Positions 60,739-64,000 of a stretch of DNA of 64,000 nucleotides are shown here, one piece after another. Source of the DNA: Eledone cirrhosa. Its lineage: Eukaryota. The position numbers were made by a program, and so were the translations under genes. Every line of letters starts with the position of its first letter. Position 1 is the first letter of the stretch. The notes beneath the pieces were generated by a model. That model was not told the origin of the DNA, searched no databases, and saw only the letters and a list, made by a program, of their open reading frames with translations. The DNA is taken from the NCBI GenBank assembly GCA_964016885.1, contig OZ024746.1:55738001-55802000 (forward strand), read 5' to 3'.

Positions 60739-61284
60739 CTATCTCTCTTTCTCTCTCTTTCTCTCTCTCTTTCGCTCTGTTTCCCTCTTTCTTTCTCTCT
60801 TTCTCTATTTTTTTACTGAATGGAAAATGCTAAAATAAAATGGCCGGGTGTTTCGATGTGCATACGGAAATATGTACAATTGAAGATAACTGGATTACTT
60901 GCCGTACAAACAAAAACAACTCTTACCATTACTGGTCTGATGGTGTATGAAGTATATATATAATTTTGTGCTTGTCGGTTTATTCATTTCTGACTTTTTG
61001 CTGTACATGCAGAATGAAGGACATTCGTGTATGATTTGAGCAGAAGTATTTTCGAACTGGGTGGATTCTGCGCAGAAGAGGCTAGATTTATCTTGCCTTG
61101 GATGGGGTTTAACTCCATTTAGTTGTAGTAGGGGGCATGAATGTTAAAGAACGATATTTTCGGCCGAACTGGCCGCAAGTTGTCGTTAAGAATCTGTTTA
61201 ACTTCGGTCTTTCCAGTTACGTGACAATAATTTCGAGACGTGTGTACAGAAGTTGAGAAAACTGACTCACGTGTTGAGGCTTGT

Positions 61285-61740
61285 GCCCTTTTGCAGCCTC
61301 TCTAAGATATTTGCTCTGTTGTAGCTGCATTATCTGCACGCCTTAGATACATTTCCATATGGTCTCGATTCCTCAATTTCCATCTGATAGCGTTGATGCC
61401 TTTTCCATGTGATGGCTTCTTGGCTGACCATATGTGGCTTGCTAATTTCGTGGATGATAACTTGTCCAGATTTCTATAGCTCATCTCATGGTTAACGAAT
61501 CCTTCTTTCAACCGGCACTGTGACTAATCCACATATGACGTGACGTCTTGCTGCTGGGTCTGTCGGATCTATGTAACTTCGGTCTCCTAGACGACTGCGG
61601 ATGGGTTACACTGTTGCTGTAGAGGGCATTATTCTAGCTTTCTAGAAGAAAATCCGGGTGAGGGATCAAACTTCGACTTGGTGAAGGTGTGCTCTTTCAT
61701 AGTGGATGCCCACTCATGTTCAGCTATGAAGATTTGTGAC
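61285..61740 (-). mobile_element. Decayed PLE GIY-YIG fragment
   Basis: CPLQQQC, KEGFVNHEMSYRN..STKLASHIWS..IRWK. Confidence 0.7.
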
Positions 61741-62029
61741 TATTAAAACATATAGACGTATATATATATATCATGTCGTTTTAAGTAGGAATGCCATCTA
61801 CATGTCTTTTGACATACATATATGCACATCGATATGCCGAAGAATATGTTCATACATAGATCTGAATCATTTAAATAAAAAATAGATTTATTGTCCATCG
61901 CACTTGAAGTGCATCTTACGCAAACAATTGTCGCGAATACAGCTTTATAGAGGTATATTGTTTCATAAATAAATGCACAATTCATTTCCACCTTACAATA
62001 TTAGTGACATCAAAAATCCTCCCACAGAG

Positions 62030-62575
<546 letters not shown>

Positions 62576-62769
62576 ATCGCTGCTTTCACCCTTAACAGAA
62601 TTTCTGAAACTGGGTTTCAGAAGATCCCGTTAAGGGTGAAAGCAGCGATTATTTGCTTAAATTTTAATCTGTTATTTTAATAAATATTTTATCTACAATT
62701 CTTATATATTTGATATATATTTATCCTTATCGAGCCCTCTTGGATTTTAGTCTTCAAATTTATTATTAT

Positions 62770-62774
<5 letters not shown>
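62576..62774 (+). mobile_element. Family-B PLE terminus as a small fold-back with tail
   Basis: aatcgctgctttcacccttaac..tctgaaac / gtttcagaagatcccgttaagggtgaaagcagcgatt, then a tail ending at (TA)n. Confidence 0.75.
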
Positions 62775-62849
<75 letters not shown>

Positions 62850-62856
<7 letters not shown>

Positions 62857-63550
62857 CATATATGTACGTATGGGTTTACCGAACATTTATTATAATGCTC
62901 GGTTTGTTTGTAAATTAAGCCGTACAGGGTGGTTCGGCAACTATCGTTGCCCTTTTGTTCAACACTGACAAAGGAACGATGAACTAGTTTCAAGCTTATT
63001 AGCTATCATCAGCACCGTATACCTTCCTGTCAGATGATTGAAGGTTTGACAGTATATACTTTCCACATGCATATTAATGGCTGAGAAGCCTAATTTGCAT
63101 ATCGAGTGAGTTACTCGGCTGGGCGTACCGAAAACGATAAATGGAAAAAATGAAATTTCATTGTTCACTCCTAGTACGGCTGATACTTAAATATACGTAT
63201 GTATACGTACATACTTTCAAACGGTCATCTGACAGGAAGGTATACGGTGCTGATGATAGCTAATAAGATTGAAACTAGTTCATCGTTCCTTTGTCAGTGT
63301 TGAACAAAAGGGCAAATATGGTTGCCGAACACTGTACGGCTTAATACGGGCTGTTTGTTTACAAACAAACAGAGCATTATAATACATGTTCGGTAAACCC
63401 ATACGTACAAATATGTATGTGTGCATGTATGTATATATATACATACCACTGTACGTCTGTATACATATATGTATGTACGTATACATACTTATATTTAAGT
63501 ATCAGCCGTACTAGGAGCGAGAAATGAAATTTCATTTTTTTTCCATTTAT
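62850..63550. mobile_element. Head-to-head pair of ~420 bp-family HHR monomers (variant subfamily)
   Basis: HHRs at 62977-63017 (-) and 63245-63285 (+): CGGUG-CUGAUGA..GAAA-CUAG-UU-CAUCG; inversion at ~63215. Confidence 0.88.
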
Positions 63551-63659
63551 ATATATATATATATATTATATATATATATATAAAGGAACGATCGACTTTC
63601 GTCAAATGGGACCGAGGGAACAGTGTTTCCGTTGGTCTTTCCAATTGCTAATACTATCT

Positions 63660-63800
63660 ATTGGTCGAAACTCCAGCTAGAAGGATCAACGTGAAATAAA
63701 GTGTGTTGCTCAAGGATATAACGCATCGCCTGGTCCGGGAATCGAACTCACAACCTTACGGTTGCGAATCCAATTCCCTAACCACTCAGCCACACGCCTC
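63660..63800 (-). mobile_element. tRNA-derived SINE (CORE-like)
   Basis: ggaggcgtg-TGGCTGAGTGG (A box)...GAGTTCGATTCC (B box)...tccttgagcaacacactt (CORE-like). Confidence 0.75.
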
Positions 63801-63801
63801 C

Positions 63802-63840
<39 letters not shown>

Positions 63841-63866
63841 TATATGTATATATATATATACATATG

Positions 63867-64000
<134 letters not shown>

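Noticed and set aside
63725-63800. tRNA gene
   Set aside because: A and B boxes are present, but the sequence continues into a SINE body and I could not form a full cloverleaf; called as a SINE head.

Overview
AT-rich, repeat-dense eukaryotic DNA with no recognisable host protein-coding gene. The SINE types and the very abundant (TA)n/(CA)n tracts suggest a cephalopod mollusc (inference). Contents: one near full-length but disrupted Tx1/L1-clade LINE (16.25-22.27 kb), several decayed Penelope-like elements (PLEs; RT + GIY-YIG) of at least two types, fragments of RTE-type and R4-type LINEs, two Helitron helicase relics, tRNA-derived SINEs and long microsatellites. The main unexplained structure is a dense set of type I hammerhead ribozyme (HHR) motifs, roughly 25 read by eye, in at least 10 distinct sequence families. 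They lie in PLE 3' ends, in short non-coding fold-back elements, and in non-coding ~400-660 bp tandem monomers resembling retrozymes. Nearly all two-armed insertions share one geometry: two oppositely oriented copies joined 5'-to-5', with both 3' ends pointing outward, usually into a (TA)n tract. All RNA folds and protein assignments were made by eye; no database search or folding program was run.
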